DNA of 61,107 bases, filler included, from an uncultured bacterium (lineage in GTDB: Bacteria; Hinthialibacterota; Hinthialibacteria; Hinthialibacterales; Hinthialibacteraceae): the NCBI GenBank assembly GCA_964449065.1. It is 4 parts of 4 records of this genome, joined end to end, with 100 filler letters (N's around TTAATTAATTAA, not from the genome) between each part and the next. Parts side by side here need not be neighbours in the genome. Positions count along the whole stretch, not along the records: positions 45,938 to 61,107 come from CAYVAZ010000104.1; 3 more parts are not named here. One strand, given 5' to 3'. Within the stretch, counting starts at the first letter, position 1. Each line of letters starts with the position of its first letter. The position numbers and the translations under genes are program-made. Below are positions 59,190 to 61,107 of the stretch, piece by piece. The notes below the pieces were generated by a model, which ran no database searches, was not told the origin of the DNA, and saw only the letters and a program-made list of their open reading frames with translations.

Positions 59190-61107
59190 ATGATGAATAA
59201 CCGTTTCGAAACCACCCGCCGCGAGATTTTGCAAATCGGAGCGCTCAGCTCATTCGGGCTGCTGATGCAGTCGGTATCGCCAAGTTTGATCAATGCGCAG
59301 GATAATGATGACGGCATGCAGCCGCTCAACCGCTTTCCCCGCATGATGCAGGAATACATGGTCAGTACAGTGCGCGAGATCGATAAGCGTAACCGCGAGA
59401 AAATCTTCAGCCTGCAAAAAGAGGTCGAAGCCCGCGCGTATGTCGATTCTGTGCAACGTAGGATCCATGAAAGTTTCGGAGCGTTTCCGAAAAAAACTCC
59501 TCTCAATCCCCGCATCACCAAGAAACTGGAACGCGATACCTATACTGTGGAAAACGTCATCTTTGAAAGCCGCCCCGGCTTTTTGGTGACGGCGAATTTG
59601 TATATCCCCAAAAACCGGGAAGGGAAATTGCCGGGCGTGGTGGGTACCTGCGGGCATTCCAGCAACGGCAAGGCTTCCGAGTATTATCAATCCTTTTCGC
59701 AGGGGTTGGCGAAGCTGGGGTATGTAGTGCTGCTGTATGATCCCATCGGCCAGGGAGAACGTTTGCAGTATGTGAACGACAATTTGGAATCGCGCATCGG
59801 TGTGGGTGTACGCGAACACCTGCAAGCCGGCAACCAGCAGTTTCTAGTCGGTGAAAACATCAGCAATTGGCGTGCGTGGGATGGCGTGCGCGCGCTGGAT
59901 TATCTGCAAACCCGCGAAGAGGTTGACCCGAATATGATCGGCGTGACCGGCAATTCCGGCGGCGGCACCATGACCACCTGGCTGTGCGGAATCGAGCAGC
60001 GCTGGGCAATGGGAGCCCCTAGCTGTTTTGTGACCACCTTCCTGCGTAATCTGGAAAACGAACTCCCTGCCGATACCGAGCAATGCCCGCCAAAAGCCTT
60101 GGCATTGGGGCTGGATCATTCCGACTTCCTCGCGGCAATGGCGCCCAAACCGGTGATCATCCTCGCGAAAGAAAAAGACTACTTTGATGCCCGCGGTTCG
60201 GAAGAAGCATATAAAAAGCTGAAGCATCTCTATAGGGTGTTGGGATATGAAGAAAATATAGGCTTATTTATCGGCCCGACTTACCATGGCTACAGCCAAG
60301 AAAACCGCGAAGCCATGTACCGCTGGTTTAACGATGTGACGGATATATCCGACGCGAAAACCGAACCGGAAATCAATGTTGAGAAAGATGAAGACCTGTG
60401 GTGCACGCCGAAAGGGCAGGTTGCCGCGGAAGGCTCACGCACGGTGTATTCGTTCACGCAAGAGAAATCGAAAGCGTTAGCGAAACAACGAAAAGCACTT
60501 GCGGGAGATGAGTTAATTCAAGAGGTACAGAAAACCCTTCGTTTGCCCGAACGCGAAGGTACGCCCAGATACCGATTATCCCGTCCGTTACGCAACCGTA
60601 AACACCCCCACCCGAACACGATCACCTATATGGTAGAAACCGAGCCGGATATTCTCATCCCGGTCTATCACCCCACACCGGAACGGTTGTATTCGCGCCC
60701 GGAACGCAATACCCGCAACGCGCTGCTGTATGTCTCGCATCTATCCTGCGATGAAGAACTGCGCAATGAATCTCTGATAAGAGAGTTGACGGAACAGCAT
60801 TCGAGTCACGCGTTGTTCGCTTGCGATGTACGCGGTGTTGGCGAATCGATGCCGAACACCTGCGGCGGCGATTTTTTTAGCGCCTACGGGCCGGATTATT
60901 TTTATGCCGCTCATTCCATCATGTTGGATTACCCATACATCGGGCAAAAAACGCATGATGTATTGCGGGTGCTGGATTGGCTTAATGCGAATGAATACAC
61001 CCATGTTCATTTGGCCGCCAAAGGCTGGGGGAGCATACCGGCTGCGTTCGCTGCGCTGCTTTCTGAGCCGGTAAAACAAGTAACATTGAAAAATGCGTTG
61101 TCTTCAT
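59190..61107 (+). CDS. Tat-exported alpha/beta hydrolase (acetylxylan esterase-like), partial
   Basis: Not in the ORF track. MMNNRFETTRREIL..FESRPG..TANLY..CGH..DPIGQGER..WDGVRALDYL..GVTGNSGGG; open to the window end. Confidence 0.85.
   Translation, partial: MMNNRFETTRREILQIGALSSFGLLMQSVSPSLINAQDNDDGMQPLNRFPRMMQEYMVSTVREIDKRNREKIFSLQKEVEARAYVDSVQRRIHESFGAFPKKTPLNPRITKKLERDTYTVENVIFESRPGFLVTANLYIPKNREGKLPGVVGTCGHSSNGKASEYYQSFSQGLAKLGYVVLLYDPIGQGERLQYVNDNLESRIGVGVREHLQAGNQQFLVGENISNWRAWDGVRALDYLQTREEVDPNMIGVTGNSGGGTMTTWLCGIEQRWAMGAPSCFVTTFLRNLENELPADTEQCPPKALALGLDHSDFLAAMAPKPVIILAKEKDYFDARGSEEAYKKLKHLYRVLGYEENIGLFIGPTYHGYSQENREAMYRWFNDVTDISDAKTEPEINVEKDEDLWCTPKGQVAAEGSRTVYSFTQEKSKALAKQRKALAGDELIQEVQKTLRLPEREGTPRYRLSRPLRNRKHPHPNTITYMVETEPDILIPVYHPTPERLYSRPERNTRNALLYVSHLSCDEELRNESLIRELTEQHSSHALFACDVRGVGESMPNTCGGDFFSAYGPDYFYAAHSIMLDYPYIGQKTHDVLRVLDWLNANEYTHVHLAAKGWGSIPAAFAALLSEPVKQVTLKNALSS

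Noticed and set aside
59135..61079. Track ORFs 59135-59521, 59250-59825, 59844-60227, 60741-61079 and 60826-61074
   Set aside because: Shadows of the + strand hydrolase starting at 59190, which the track missed because it has no stop in the window.

Overview
This window is four separate bacterial scaffolds of about 15.2 kb each (1-15234, 15335-30537, 30638-45837, 45938-61107). They are joined by artificial N-padded TTAATTAATTAA six-frame-stop linkers, and there are two internal 100-N gaps. Gene content (DUF1501, DUF1549/1553, Tat sulfatase and esterase, Gfo/Idh/MocA pair) resembles PVC-group or related candidate-phylum heterotrophs; this assignment is weak. Core genes include argS, rimI, tsaB, a 5-formyl-THF cyclo-ligase::TsaE fusion, floA, CPA1, OPT and AI-2E transporters. 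The best candidate for an undescribed system is an AT-rich three-gene island (35345-38369). It encodes a 10-Cys precursor with a Sec signal followed by a textbook double-glycine leader, a secreted LolA-like protein, and a secreted C39 peptidase-DUF1573 fusion with no ABC transporter. Its promoter has a G10 tract between the -35 and -10 boxes. Other highlights: (1) a four-gene minor (pseudo)pilin operon expanded with acidic DGxDNDxDGxxDE repeats; (2) a 2.9-kb IS1595 element with terminal IRs and 8-bp TSD that carries an ImmA/IrrE + DUF4411 pair and splits a brnT toxin; (3) several TA loci whose toxin is dead while the antitoxin is intact; (4) a REC protein with a HEPN-like motif; (5) many short TA-bounded inverted-repeat elements containing REP-like hairpins. 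No rRNA, tRNA or CRISPR array was recognised. All family assignments are by eye from motifs; no searches were run.
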